In this document: in pieces, positions 9,814-20,209 of the stretch
Layout: each line of letters starts with the position of its first letter
Position numbering within the stretch: position 1 is the first letter of the stretch
From: Candidatus Poribacteria bacterium
GTDB taxonomy: Bacteria > Poribacteria > WGA-4E > WGA-3G
Length of the DNA: 64,000 nucleotides
Reading direction: 5' to 3'
NCBI GenBank assembly: GCA_965205015.1
Contig: OZ242029.1
Location: forward strand, 672,001 to 736,000
The notes under the pieces: generated by a model
Databases searched by the model: none
The model's input: the letters and a program-made list of their open reading frames with translations, nothing else
Told to the model about the DNA's origin: nothing
Made by a program: the position numbers and the translations under genes

Positions 9814-10644
9814 TTATTCCCATCGCGCCCAGACGTTCGGTGTGACATATCCTTCGCCACTGTACGGATCTTCGCCCGCGACGGTAACAACCCCACGGTA
9901 ATTCCGTTGTCCCTTCCAACCTAACCACGAGGCTGTTGAACAGTAGTGGCTCACAAGGATCCGCCGGAAGGTATCACTTCGATTCTTTTTCGAGCGGTGC
10001 AAAAGATAGCCGTTGAAAAAGAGAACGCTACCGGCTGACATCTCAATTGGGATTTCGTCTGTGTCATCAAAGCCGGCTGCTTCATGACAACTGTCGAATT
10101 CATGGCGTTTATCGTGTGGAAAACGGTCGTAAATTACACCGGAACGGTGGCTGTTCGGCAAAACCCAGAGACACCCGTTTTCAACCGTGGCATCATCTAA
10201 TGTAATCCACGCACCGATGAGCGATCTGTCCCGTGTCGGAATCGGGTGTTCATCCTGATGCCATGGATTCCCGGTATGCCCCGGCACCTTGCCTAACATC
10301 ATTGACTGCATACATTTCACGCCACCCTCCCAAAACGGGATATGTGCCCCAACGATCACCCGGAGGACTTCACAGATTTTTGGATGTTCAATGTAACGCC
10401 GAACCAACGGACTAAAGACATGGGGTTCGCCGACACACATAATTCTATCCAAAACTTCCATTTCGCTTGTTGTCTCCGGCATGGGTGGGATCGCCTCACA
10501 CGGGTAATCTCCACGAAAAATTTTCAGCATTTCTGCTTTCAGGTCATTGCATTCTTCCTGCGTAATGATATCTGGAAGCAGTAAATATCCGTCATTGATG
10601 TATGATTTTGCCCAAAGATTGGATTGCGCTTGTACCATTCTCAA
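9814..10644 (-). CDS. Phytanoyl-CoA dioxygenase (PhyH) family protein
   Basis: WHQD, WITLDDATVENGCLWVLPNSH, LLHRS. Confidence 0.92.
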   Translation of the reverse strand: MRMVQAQSNLWAKSYINDGYLLLPDIITQEECNDLKAEMLKIFRGDYPCEAIPPMPETTSEMEVLDRIMCVGEPHVFSPLVRRYIEHPKICEVLRVIVGAHIPFWEGGVKCMQSMMLGKVPGHTGNPWHQDEHPIPTRDRSLIGAWITLDDATVENGCLWVLPNSHRSGVIYDRFPHDKRHEFDSCHEAAGFDDTDEIPIEMSAGSVLFFNGYLLHRSKKNRSDTFRRILVSHYCSTASWLGWKGQRNYRGVVTVAGEDPYSGEGYVTPNVWARWE

Positions 10645-10788
10645 ATCCTTTTTTTAATTATGGTCAAACTCTCATCGTTTCTCTACAGAGATTTCACCCC
10701 TACGGGGTTCAACTCTACTGAAATTCACCAACCCCTGTCCGCAACGGAATAGAGGACAGCGCGAGCGGCAATAAATTAGAACCATGGA

Positions 10789-11889
10789 TTATTCCGCTCG
10801 GATAATGCGCCACGTTTCCGCTTCATTCGCGAAAACCAACGTCAATTTGCCAGACGTCTGTTCAACCTGCCCATTCGCTTTCGGGGCATATTGCAACGTG
10901 TAGCCACCCGTTACAATCGCCGTATCATCAACGATGTTCGGATGGATGTCGATGTCGGTCAACGTCATGTCAATCTGATGATAGACTTCAAAAAAGTGGG
11001 CTGCCTTTGTTTTAACGTCTCGGTATGTGCGTCCGTTGGAGAGATAGGCTTTCGAAAAACAGGACATAACCTGCGTTAGGTTCGACATGTCGTATCCGAG
11101 TTCATACTTGTTTAGAACGCGCTGAATAATCTCTTTGATCGTTGGTTCGGTTTGAGGTTCACTCTCCTGTACCTCCGTTGCTACAGAATGCGCCATCGAT
11201 TCCGGCGGAATTCCTTGCGCAATCTGCTTGAGCGTATGTACCTCCGGGGCGGCATATCCCCAAACCTCCAATTCCATAACGCGCGCAATGCCGTCCACCT
11301 CATACACAGGTCGCCTCCCTGCCATGTGCTGGTAATTGCGTACTGTATCATTTGAAGAAACAGGAACGAGCCGTATTTTGCTCGCAATTAGGCGTTGATG
11401 GACTTCATGAACTCGCTTCCCTTTGGTATTATCTCGCGCCGTATACTGTTTATCTTTGGTATCGCCTGACGGAATAAGTCCCCAACCCGTGCCGTGCCAA
11501 TACTCAATCCGATAGTCCTTCAACCCAAATTGCGGTGCGGGATATTCCTCGGAGTCGATTGTCCACATAACGATCTTACGAATATCGACGGGTTTTGCGA
11601 GCGTCACTGACACATAAGGTCGCTTGTTTAGATCCGAGGTCCGTAGATGTTCTAAACTGCTCCCCCATCCACTGCCCTCATCCCACGTCTCGGAGTTGGT
11701 ATCACCGTCGATTATTTCCTCGGCACGATGGTTCGGAACGGATTGTGAGGCACGCGCGGTTGCTCCGTTACGGTTCAGCGCGAAATTGATAAGCGGCGGT
11801 GGCGGTTCTAAAAGATGTTCTTGCAGAGTTTGCGATTTACAACCCACTACGGAAAGTAAGAGTGTCAGACATGTACATACACGAAGCAT
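10789..11889 (-). CDS. Putative lipoprotein, F5/8-type C (discoidin)-like plus C-terminal NTF2/SnoaL-like domain
   Basis: Lipobox VVGC; NFAL..NGA.A.AS...IIDGD...W; C-terminal mixed domain ending WRIIRAE. Confidence 0.6.
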   Translation of the reverse strand: MLRVCTCLTLLLSVVGCKSQTLQEHLLEPPPPLINFALNRNGATARASQSVPNHRAEEIIDGDTNSETWDEGSGWGSSLEHLRTSDLNKRPYVSVTLAKPVDIRKIVMWTIDSEEYPAPQFGLKDYRIEYWHGTGWGLIPSGDTKDKQYTARDNTKGKRVHEVHQRLIASKIRLVPVSSNDTVRNYQHMAGRRPVYEVDGIARVMELEVWGYAAPEVHTLKQIAQGIPPESMAHSVATEVQESEPQTEPTIKEIIQRVLNKYELGYDMSNLTQVMSCFSKAYLSNGRTYRDVKTKAAHFFEVYHQIDMTLTDIDIHPNIVDDTAIVTGGYTLQYAPKANGQVEQTSGKLTLVFANEAETWRIIRAE

Positions 11890-11908
11890 CGTTAACCTCC
11901 TTATTGTT

Positions 11909-14386
11909 TTACCGTAACACTGCTAAACGTCCGAGTGTCTGCGCTGTCTGGTCTCCAAGGACAGCGCGTATTTTGAAAAAATAGACTCCATTGGCAAGCA
12001 ATATACCGTCAGCGTCTCGGGCATCCCACATAAATTCGTTGTAGCCTTCATTCCCAGAAGCCCCTTTCAAGACATTCACGACTCGTCCGGATGTGGCGTA
12101 AATAGTGATAGAGACTTCATCGGCATCCAACGATAATTGATAGGTAAACGTTGTTTCTTCTTTCAGAGGATTCGGATAGTTGTGAACGTCCCAAACTCGG
12201 AAAGGGGTTTCCTCCGGCGAGAAACCCTCGTCGTGTTTCTGGAGCGTTTTATAATCGAAACTCGTTAACCAAGCAACTTCCGCGTTTAAGGTACTCAGCA
12301 ACTCCGCTTCAATCGTCCGATGCGAATATCCGAAGAGCGGGATAAATTCCTCAATCCCTTTAATATGGGGTTGTATGGACTTCGAGAATTCTATCGCACT
12401 CGTGATTTTTGCCCGGATTGCTTCTTCCGTCCCCGGTTCGTAGCCGAGTGCTATTGCTTCTACCAACTTGGCTCGACTTTCAAAGAAGAGGACCCATAGT
12501 TCCATCAAGTGAACGGCATCGCGTAAATCCTCAGTCGCTTCCAGATCAAAGGGTTCTGCGATCTCACTCGCTACCCGTATCTCGTTTGCAGCCTGCTGTT
12601 GGGGTGCCAAAAGTGCGGTGAACCGGTTCACGGCGAGTTTCGCGATGTCCAGTTCCGGGATAGCCAATGTATCCTCAACAGTCCGGGGTCCAATTAACGT
12701 CCAAAATCGCGTCGCGAGTCCAGCCGACCCACTGCCGTATGTGCCGCCAACAGTCAAGGATCCAGCATAATCTGAGAAATAACTTGCCATGTTCCATCCG
12801 TTGACCCGTAAGGCGCTCAAGATGTGTGGGGCGGCTTCGGCACCGTATCGGGCGATCAATTCGTTTCGGAGGAGTTGATAATGGTCAAGGTTGACATCCC
12901 AATTGAGACTTGCACTGACAAGCCGGTCGAGGTATCCCAATCCTTGTGTTGCACCTTGAACGGTAAACCCACCGAGCCCGACGACCTCTGGGTTATTGGC
13001 AAGTTGCCGAACCCCTTGCACAAACAGATCGCTCTCCAGCATCCAGAACGGCATGAGCTCCTCTACCTCATGTGAAAGGACGATAAAGCGATGTCCGATT
13101 TCTCCGAGTGCTCTGACTTGTGGGATAGGCACCCCTGCGCTCGCGACGGGTTCACCATCTGCGCCCCATTTTCGCGAGAAAATAGTCCCTTTCGGCAACT
13201 GCTGTGCATAAACACCTGCGGCATCCTTGAGCCAACTACTGTCATACCCGGAGATATAAAATTTGAAGTCCGGACGCACCTCTCGTGCGGCGTTGATAAT
13301 CGTAAAGTAGACTTGCCAAAGTTTTGCTTGTCCCTGTTCCGTCCTATCACCGCAGTCAGGACAATCACATGCGCGTGTCTCATGTCCCCAAGAACGTAGA
13401 TGAAAACCCGCAAGTGCCGGATAGGTGCGCACGATCGCTTGTGTCAGTTCCTTCGCGAGCGTATGAAACGCCGGTTTGGACCAACAAAACGGCCGATAAG
13501 AGACTTCGTTCCGAGACGCCCCGTAAAGCACCGTCGGTCCAAGGACATCAGGCCGCTGCCGGATCAGTGCTTCCGTCGGTTCACCAGTTACGTACATGAA
13601 AAGATAAGCATCAATACCCCGTCGTTTGAGCGCATTAAACCGATTTTGTAGATCCGCGATACGTTCTCGCCGCTGTCCTATCGGCTCATCTTGCAAGGCT
13701 TCAAACGCAGGCGTATCCACATATTTAAACGCCGTTCCGAACCCATCTTCAATACCCGTGCCTGTCCATACCCCCTCGCCACCACTCATGTTGATACGGT
13801 GACGCGCAAGCCAGTCAGGATCCTCTATCTCCAACACAGCACGCACGGGGTAAAATGGTGAAGAGGTCTCGTTCATGAACGGTACGAGGAGTGCTTGCGC
13901 TTTGGCAACCGGTAACTCTGGATGGACGGGCTTCAAACCCGTTAGCGCTGTAATACAATTTTCTATGAAGGCGTACGCCCCATAAACCACGCCTCTCTCG
14001 GTGTGCGCCGTCACAACGATGACGATCTCTCTGCCGACCTCCACTGTTTTGATACGATAGCCTTCGTCTCCGAGTTCTTTTGCCAAAGTCAATTCTACGT
14101 TCGCCTGTAATCCTGCGATCGTTGGATTCGACTTTGGGGTGCCGAGTACAATCACGGTTTGCGTTTCCGTTTGTTGGCGATTGGTACGGATGTCGAGTTT
14201 GGCACCAGTGAATTGCTGGATAAAGGTTTGGATTTCAGCGGCTGCGAACTGTTCCTGTTCCGAGGCGTTCGCGCCAACCTGAAGCGTCGCCCGCGGTGTA
14301 CCGGATACTGCGATAGGAATTTGATCACCCCTCGCTGGGAGAACGAACACGACACTACAGAAGATAGCCGTCAGTAAAGAAGCCAT
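11909..14386 (-). CDS. Secreted glycoside-hydrolase-like protein (GH20/GH67-type N-domain) with FlgD-Ig C-terminal domain; start uncertain
   Basis: FAA.E+Q.+I...TG and LG.EGY.I...RGV.YG.Y motifs; CDCPDC; C-terminus NYPNP...WDARD..G..LANGVYF; track start 14569 overlaps neighbour, Met at 14386 precedes a signal-like stretch. Confidence 0.6.
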   Translation of the reverse strand: MASLLTAIFCSVVFVLPARGDQIPIAVSGTPRATLQVGANASEQEQFAAAEIQTFIQQFTGAKLDIRTNRQQTETQTVIVLGTPKSNPTIAGLQANVELTLAKELGDEGYRIKTVEVGREIVIVVTAHTERGVVYGAYAFIENCITALTGLKPVHPELPVAKAQALLVPFMNETSSPFYPVRAVLEIEDPDWLARHRINMSGGEGVWTGTGIEDGFGTAFKYVDTPAFEALQDEPIGQRRERIADLQNRFNALKRRGIDAYLFMYVTGEPTEALIRQRPDVLGPTVLYGASRNEVSYRPFCWSKPAFHTLAKELTQAIVRTYPALAGFHLRSWGHETRACDCPDCGDRTEQGQAKLWQVYFTIINAAREVRPDFKFYISGYDSSWLKDAAGVYAQQLPKGTIFSRKWGADGEPVASAGVPIPQVRALGEIGHRFIVLSHEVEELMPFWMLESDLFVQGVRQLANNPEVVGLGGFTVQGATQGLGYLDRLVSASLNWDVNLDHYQLLRNELIARYGAEAAPHILSALRVNGWNMASYFSDYAGSLTVGGTYGSGSAGLATRFWTLIGPRTVEDTLAIPELDIAKLAVNRFTALLAPQQQAANEIRVASEIAEPFDLEATEDLRDAVHLMELWVLFFESRAKLVEAIALGYEPGTEEAIRAKITSAIEFSKSIQPHIKGIEEFIPLFGYSHRTIEAELLSTLNAEVAWLTSFDYKTLQKHDEGFSPEETPFRVWDVHNYPNPLKEETTFTYQLSLDADEVSITIYATSGRVVNVLKGASGNEGYNEFMWDARDADGILLANGVYFFKIRAVLGDQTAQTLGRLAVLR

Positions 14387-14522
14387 CAGCGATCGGCGAT
14401 CAGCTATCAGCAAAGAGGAGCGTGCAGCGGTGAAAATCGTTTGCAACTGCCCTAATGATTTACTGATCACTGAAAGTTTTTTTTCGGAAGAAAAAAAACG
14501 ACCTGATTGCCGACGGCTATTC

Positions 14523-15272
14523 TTAGTGAAAATGTTCACCCTCAAATCCCTGCAAGAAATAGATAACACAAAAGGTTAAAACGAATCCGATGACAAAAAG
14601 CACTTTGGCAAAACGACTCAGGTTTCCTGCTCTTTCGATGGTATAGTTGCCACGAAATCCATCCATTACGACGTGTAAGAGTGTGCCCACAGCGAACGCT
14701 GTCAGGTAGTCTGTCAATTCACCGAAAGCACCGCGGAGGAGCTGCTCCCCCAATGCTACTCCGATAACCGGTCCAAGTATCAGCGGTGTCAGTCGAATGA
14801 GTGCCTTAACAAAAGTTTGATTTCGGAGGAGTGCGACGGTGATAAGCGTTCCGACCGGTAGGCGATGGACCAATATGCCGAATGCGAGTGCGCCGCCGAG
14901 CATCTCCTCTCTCGCGGCGATAACCAAATTAAGTCCATCTGCCAGTGAGTGCAGCGACAGTCCAAGAACGGTTAAGTTGATGCCCCATCTCTTGTCTGTC
15001 CCGTTTGTGTGTCGCTCCGTGTCCGCGCGTTGATGTGTCGTGAGATGTTCTATTGCCGAAATTAAGAAAAACCCGCCCCACATTACAAGGATCGTGATGT
15101 AACCGACCTTGTCGTAAAGGTGCATCATCATCACCAAGACGATGCCGAGTACTGCGCCCGCTGTCAATCCAAAAATGTGTCCGAAAAGTCGTTGCTGCTC
15201 CCGCGAAATAAAAGCGATTCCTGCCCCGAGTGGAACCGTCAACACCGCAATTGCCAGATAGAATATAAGCAT
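14523..15272 (-). CDS. ZIP family divalent metal transporter
   Basis: LHSLADG and ILVHRLPVG motifs, ~8 TM segments. Confidence 0.8.
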   Translation of the reverse strand: MLIFYLAIAVLTVPLGAGIAFISREQQRLFGHIFGLTAGAVLGIVLVMMMHLYDKVGYITILVMWGGFFLISAIEHLTTHQRADTERHTNGTDKRWGINLTVLGLSLHSLADGLNLVIAAREEMLGGALAFGILVHRLPVGTLITVALLRNQTFVKALIRLTPLILGPVIGVALGEQLLRGAFGELTDYLTAFAVGTLLHVVMDGFRGNYTIERAGNLSRFAKVLFVIGFVLTFCVIYFLQGFEGEHFH

Positions 15273-15432
15273 AGTCTAAGTATAACAGACTTCGGATCGC
15301 AATGCAATCGAAATTCCACGGCTCTTCGGTTTTCGGTCCTCAATTGGTTTTATGTAGTGTGTCGCGATTTGGATACTTTTTCTACATCAGAGCATCTCGA
15401 TTGCAGATTGTTGGATGAATTTATTTTTTTGC

Positions 15433-15461
15433 TTGACGTGTTTGCATATTAATGTTAAAAT
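15433..15461 (+). promoter_or_regulatory. sigma70-type promoter
   Basis: TTGACG-17 nt-TAAAAT upstream of 15522 ORF. Confidence 0.55.
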
Positions 15462-15521
15462 TCTTTTCCCTTACACACGGATTAGCACGAACTAAACCCG
15501 AGTGGGTGCTATGTTTACAAT

Positions 15522-15986
15522 TTGCTACATGATAAAGGATTAATAGAAATGTTAGACAAAATTTTTGATAGTATTGTTGGATTTATGCTTAATCGAGACT
15601 TGGAAAAAGCGATCGGCATTCGGCATAATTTATTGAAAGGTAAAGTGGTACAGATCCCCTCAAAAATCTTAGACAGATTCATAGATTTTATGATAAGCAC
15701 TCGGTACTCTTACTACTTAAAGATGCGAAGCAATATGCTCGAGGGAGGTGTTGTTGAGATGCCTTCAAATATCTTCGACTGGAAAGCACTTGAACGCGCC
15801 AGTGGTTATCTACGCGTCTATATGGAAGAGTGCCACGATCAGTTCAAGGAAGAGTATGACGGAAATTTTCTCGATGAAGATTTTAAAGAATGGTTCCGTC
15901 ATTTTCATATTGAACGTCCGGCGCGTAAAGCGGCGAAAAAATCTGTTTCCGAGGCATTACTCGCGGACGACCTACCAAGGGTTTGA
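15522..15986 (+). CDS. Hypothetical protein with internal duplication
   Basis: 154-aa ORF, AT-rich 5' half, upstream promoter; no family recognised. Confidence 0.55.
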   Translation: MLHDKGLIEMLDKIFDSIVGFMLNRDLEKAIGIRHNLLKGKVVQIPSKILDRFIDFMISTRYSYYLKMRSNMLEGGVVEMPSNIFDWKALERASGYLRVYMEECHDQFKEEYDGNFLDEDFKEWFRHFHIERPARKAAKKSVSEALLADDLPRV

Positions 15987-16022
15987 GGTTAAAGTTCTAA
16001 GATGCCGGATTTGGCGAGAGGT

Positions 16023-16763
16023 TCAGACCGGCATCTCATCATAAGTCCGTTTATCCAACTCCCGTCCTGTTTTCAATTTGCGTTTGCCACCCCACTGTTT
16101 AAAGAAAAACGGGACTTTGGCATCCACACACTGATCCCGGATGTCAATGACCCATTCCTTCTGCATTTCGCGGGCACCGGGACCGGACTCACCGCCCACA
16201 ATAACCCAGTCTATTCCCTCCAACGCCAAATTTGGGAGGGCACCCAATAGTGGTTCGAGTGAGAGAAATTTGATCTGCGCACCGGTTTGACAGAGCGCGT
16301 CAATCCGATGTGTCACGCGATTGTCTTCAACGCTAACCCCCATCCAGACATTCGAGGGCCATGGCAACTTCGGACTGAATTCCAGTAGTTGTTCGGATCG
16401 CTTCGTTAAGACTTGGAATTGGTGCCAATGCGCCCTTTCCATTACAGAAAAAACCTTCTGAATGTAGGACAACTCGATCTTTTCATGAAACAGGTCGCTC
16501 ATGGAGTTGACGAAGATTCGACGCGGTGTTTTCCACTTCAGCGGTTCGTTAAGCAGCTTCGGAACAGGGCGTACCTCTTTTGTCCACCGCGGTCCTGCCT
16601 CGGTATTCTCAGCCAAACCTTCGTAAGCCATACCTCTGCCGGAAAACCGCGCTGCTATCCGTTCGGCGTAACAGAACCGACAGCCCTCGGAAACACGGGT
16701 GCACCCACGCACAGGATTCCATGTGGATTCTGTCCACTCGATTTTTGAGGATTGAGTTGCCAT
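16023..16763 (-). CDS. DUF5131 (phage Gp37/Gp68) family protein
   Basis: SKIEWT..TWNP..GC..VS.GC..CYA, FVNSMSDLFH, WVIVGGESG, FFFKQWGG. Confidence 0.93.
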   Translation of the reverse strand: MATQSSKIEWTESTWNPVRGCTRVSEGCRFCYAERIAARFSGRGMAYEGLAENTEAGPRWTKEVRPVPKLLNEPLKWKTPRRIFVNSMSDLFHEKIELSYIQKVFSVMERAHWHQFQVLTKRSEQLLEFSPKLPWPSNVWMGVSVEDNRVTHRIDALCQTGAQIKFLSLEPLLGALPNLALEGIDWVIVGGESGPGAREMQKEWVIDIRDQCVDAKVPFFFKQWGGKRKLKTGRELDKRTYDEMPV

Positions 16764-16805
16764 TGGTTCACCTCTTATCCTAAGAGCGTTAGCTGTTAAG
16801 TCATG

Positions 16806-18428
16806 TCAAGTTAATTCTCTATTTTTTCTAAAATGATAGATAAAGCCGATAAGCCCACCCACAACCGTGACGCAATAGAAACCGTAATACAACCATAGAC
16901 TCAGCCAGAATGTCAAGAGTTGGATACCCGTGAAGGCGACAATGACGAAGAGACTTGCGAGAAAAGGGATTAACCCTGCACCCGCTATCTGACTTTGGAT
17001 GAATTCTCGGGCAAGTGGCAAGCCAGCGGACGGTTTTGGGAAAAGAATGACATAGTAGAGTAAAACGGTTAAGCAGGGCAAAACGTAAAATATACCTAAA
17101 ACTCCCCAAATAAGGGTGGCACTGCCAAACATCAAGAGCATACATGGCACCACAATGTAGAGAAGGGCGGTTATCTGGACACCTCGCCACAAGTCATTAG
17201 GGGCTGAAAGTGGCGCGAGCCTTAACATCCAAGACGCTTTCCAATGTTCTGAATATCTCACTGGTAAAATAAAACTGCTAACAATGCCCGTTCCGATACA
17301 GTAGAATATACCAGAGAAACCTGGACTGAGACCAATAGCGTCGGAGTGATGGGGCCATGTCAGATAAGACGAGCTGTCTCGAAGCAATAACACCACCAAC
17401 ATAATCATACTCCCAAGCGAGGCAAAAAACTGGCGTAATAGATGTTTATCGCGGCGCAGATACACAAAGGAGAGACACATCCCCGCACGGATCGTCCGGT
17501 TTCGGGACATTCGCGCAAACAGTGGCGTTTTCACCTGAAGTTTAGATCTTCGCCTGCTGCCCGATTCCAGTAGATAAGAGAGGTATTCTGAATAACTCTT
17601 TGCGATGCTGCGAAGCGGAACGAACACCAAAAAGAGGGTTGAAGCAATAGCGAATCCCGCTAAAATCAGAAAATGTCGCTCTATTTGTCCGAGCGCGAGT
17701 GAGACTGTTCCAGCGAACCAACCGTTCGGAAGTGCGTAGAACCATTTTAGGGCAGATGTTATTTTATCCTTTGGAATACTTGGTAATAGATGCGGAAAGA
17801 TGACCAACATTGCGGGAAAGAGAGTGGGAAATATAAACTGGGCGTATTGCGCGATATTTCTGAGGGTCTGTTTGGTATATAGTTTTGTCAAATAACCTGC
17901 GAAAGTCGTCATCACGCCGATTGTGAAAAGACCGGACATAAAGACGATCGGTAGGTAAACAAGAGGAAAAAGAAATTGGAACTGAGAAGATTCCTCTGCT
18001 CGAACCCAAATACCACCGATCGCAGGCATCAGGTTTAGACAGGCTAACAACCAGATAGTGTAGGTAACAACCTGCGTTAACTTCACAAGGAAGTAAGTCC
18101 GAGATGACACTGGCGTATGTGCAATAACGAGATAGTTTATAGGACTGAGAAGAATATCAAAGTATGGAATAGTCCAGATGCCTATCATCATCATAGACAT
18201 TGTTATGCCCGTAAGCGCGTAGGCGAATGTATCCATCGGAAGCAGGAAGGGCATAGCCGTAAGTAAGACACTGATTATGAAACAGACAGCGCAGGTCAAA
18301 GTAAGCGATAGGTGCGGGAGGCCATCTTTTCGTTCAAGAGCCCGCTTCTCCACGGTCTTCTCTATTTCTAAAAGGTATCTGTACTGAGTTGGCGAGGCAC
18401 CGAACATTACCGCGATCTTCTCAAACAT
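16806..18428 (-). CDS. ABC-2 type exporter permease
   Basis: Multi-TM protein overlapping the upstream ABC ATPase stop. Confidence 0.7.
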   Translation of the reverse strand: MFEKIAVMFGASPTQYRYLLEIEKTVEKRALERKDGLPHLSLTLTCAVCFIISVLLTAMPFLLPMDTFAYALTGITMSMMMIGIWTIPYFDILLSPINYLVIAHTPVSSRTYFLVKLTQVVTYTIWLLACLNLMPAIGGIWVRAEESSQFQFLFPLVYLPIVFMSGLFTIGVMTTFAGYLTKLYTKQTLRNIAQYAQFIFPTLFPAMLVIFPHLLPSIPKDKITSALKWFYALPNGWFAGTVSLALGQIERHFLILAGFAIASTLFLVFVPLRSIAKSYSEYLSYLLESGSRRRSKLQVKTPLFARMSRNRTIRAGMCLSFVYLRRDKHLLRQFFASLGSMIMLVVLLLRDSSSYLTWPHHSDAIGLSPGFSGIFYCIGTGIVSSFILPVRYSEHWKASWMLRLAPLSAPNDLWRGVQITALLYIVVPCMLLMFGSATLIWGVLGIFYVLPCLTVLLYYVILFPKPSAGLPLAREFIQSQIAGAGLIPFLASLFVIVAFTGIQLLTFWLSLWLYYGFYCVTVVGGLIGFIYHFRKNRELT

Positions 18429-19200
18429 CCGCGGTGCCCTCCATCACAATCCGAATGGCTTCCTCGGTTTTCTCGTCGATTCCTGTCGTTTCTGTCAGTT
18501 GCGTGAAAATCTCGTTGAGTGCCGTCTGATTCGTCTGCTGGCGTAATTCTGCCACCGGTGCATCGGCGATGAGTTTTCCGGCGTTGATAATCATAATTCG
18601 TGGACAGAGGGTCTCAGCAACTTCGAGAATATGTGTACAGTAGAGGATGGTTTTTCCCAACTCGGCTAAGCGTTGTAGCACCGTCTTCATGAACGTCACG
18701 GTCGTTACATCCAGATTGGTAAAGGGTTCATCTAAAAAGAGGACATCCGGGTTGTGCAGCAGCGCAGACATGATGAGGCACTTTTGACGCATGCCTTGCG
18801 AGAAACCGCTTATTCTTTGGTTCGCCTGCGCTTCCATGTCAAATAGTCTCGCCAAGTCTTTTATTTTTTGAGCGATTAACTTTTCTTCCACCTGATAGAG
18901 TCTGCCTATTAATTGGAGGTGTTCTACCAAGGTGAGGTGTTCGTAGAGTTGCGCCTCTTCTGGAACGTATCCGATACGCTGTTTGAGTTCCAGCAGTTCG
19001 GTTGCGGCGTTGTATCCCGCCACCGAGATATCACCGGATGTCGGTTGAAGCAAGCCGACGAGCATTTTAAGGGTTGTACTCTTTCCGGCGCCATTGGGAC
19101 CGAGATACCCGACGATTTCCCCTTGTTGAATGTCGAAGCTAATGTCATCAACTGCCGTAGTTTGCCCATATTTTTTGGTGAGATGCGAAACGCGAATCAT
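18421..19200 (-). CDS. ABC transporter ATP-binding protein
   Basis: GPNGAGKST, FSQGMRQK, LFLDEP. Confidence 0.95.
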   Translation of the reverse strand: MIRVSHLTKKYGQTTAVDDISFDIQQGEIVGYLGPNGAGKSTTLKMLVGLLQPTSGDISVAGYNAATELLELKQRIGYVPEEAQLYEHLTLVEHLQLIGRLYQVEEKLIAQKIKDLARLFDMEAQANQRISGFSQGMRQKCLIMSALLHNPDVLFLDEPFTNLDVTTVTFMKTVLQRLAELGKTILYCTHILEVAETLCPRIMIINAGKLIADAPVAELRQQTNQTALNEIFTQLTETTGIDEKTEEAIRIVMEGTADV

Positions 19201-19379
19201 GTCTTTATTTGTCCTTGAAAGTAGTTGTCAGCAATCAGCAGTCAGCGGTCAGGATGCCTTCGCGAGCAGAACTCGCTCCTACAGAAAAAGGTATCAGTAG
19301 ACAGTCGTTTCAATTTCTGCTATCATATTTAGACATTCCTATTCACCCCGATTTCTTAAGGCGATAAAGGAGCATACGC

Positions 19380-20195
19380 ATGGAATTCGTCCAACTGACA
19401 GACGCACAACGTGAGGAATTTGAGAAAAACGGATACTTCATCGTGCGGTCGGTACTTGACAGCGATATGATAGATCGCTTGACCGAGGCAGGAGACCGAC
19501 TCATGGAGTCGTTTGAATATAACGGCTACTATGCGCATAAGCGGGACGGTTTGGTGCAGGAGCCTGTCTTCGCGGAACTCACATCACAGACAACAGCGAT
19601 TCCCTTAATCATCCAACTGCTCGGCACAAATATCCATATCACGAATACCGCGCTCATCTACAAACATCCGCAACCGCCTGAGAAACTGGAGAGCCGTGGA
19701 TGGCATCGAGATGCGGGCATATTTTTAGACCTCGGATACAAGAATTGCCCACGCGTCGGCTTGAAAGTAGGCTACTGTTTGACGGATTTCACCGTGCCGA
19801 ATTCTGGTGGGACCCTGTTTGTTCCAAAAAGCCATCTATCCGACGAACCGTTGGGTATCCCCGAAGGCGAAATTGATCCAATCGAACCCTGCGATGAACC
19901 CGTTTTGCGTGCAGGCGATGCGTTTTTCTTTGAAAACCGTATCTACCATACCGCCGGTGTCAACTTTACAGAGAATGTCGCTAAAGTCGTTATCTACGGA
20001 TATCACTACGCATGGCTCAAGCCGGAACCTTATTTATTATATTACAACGACACACTCCAACCTGAAGCGTTGGTAATGGAGAATCTTGACGATCTTGGCA
20101 ATCAATTTCTCGGTGGCGGCGGGGGTGCAGCGGCGGAGTGGGCAGCAGCACATAATTTGCAGTTTGAGGAAGTCCCACACGTTGTGACAATCTGA
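19380..20195 (+). CDS. PhyH family dioxygenase (paralog of 37133-37981)
   Basis: F.KNGYF, WHRD, AGDAFFFENRIYH. Confidence 0.88.
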   Translation: MEFVQLTDAQREEFEKNGYFIVRSVLDSDMIDRLTEAGDRLMESFEYNGYYAHKRDGLVQEPVFAELTSQTTAIPLIIQLLGTNIHITNTALIYKHPQPPEKLESRGWHRDAGIFLDLGYKNCPRVGLKVGYCLTDFTVPNSGGTLFVPKSHLSDEPLGIPEGEIDPIEPCDEPVLRAGDAFFFENRIYHTAGVNFTENVAKVVIYGYHYAWLKPEPYLLYYNDTLQPEALVMENLDDLGNQFLGGGGGAAAEWAAAHNLQFEEVPHVVTI

Positions 20196-20209
20196 TGGCC
20201 ATCCGGATT

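Noticed and set aside
14387-14569. Long N-terminal extensions in ORF track (also 32797-32898, 39616-39696, 43668-43712, 59859-59978)
   Set aside because: Overlap neighbours or repeats and precede better starts with SD or signal peptides
16023-16763. Prophage
   Set aside because: Single Gp37/Gp68-family gene with no structural, terminase or integrase genes nearby
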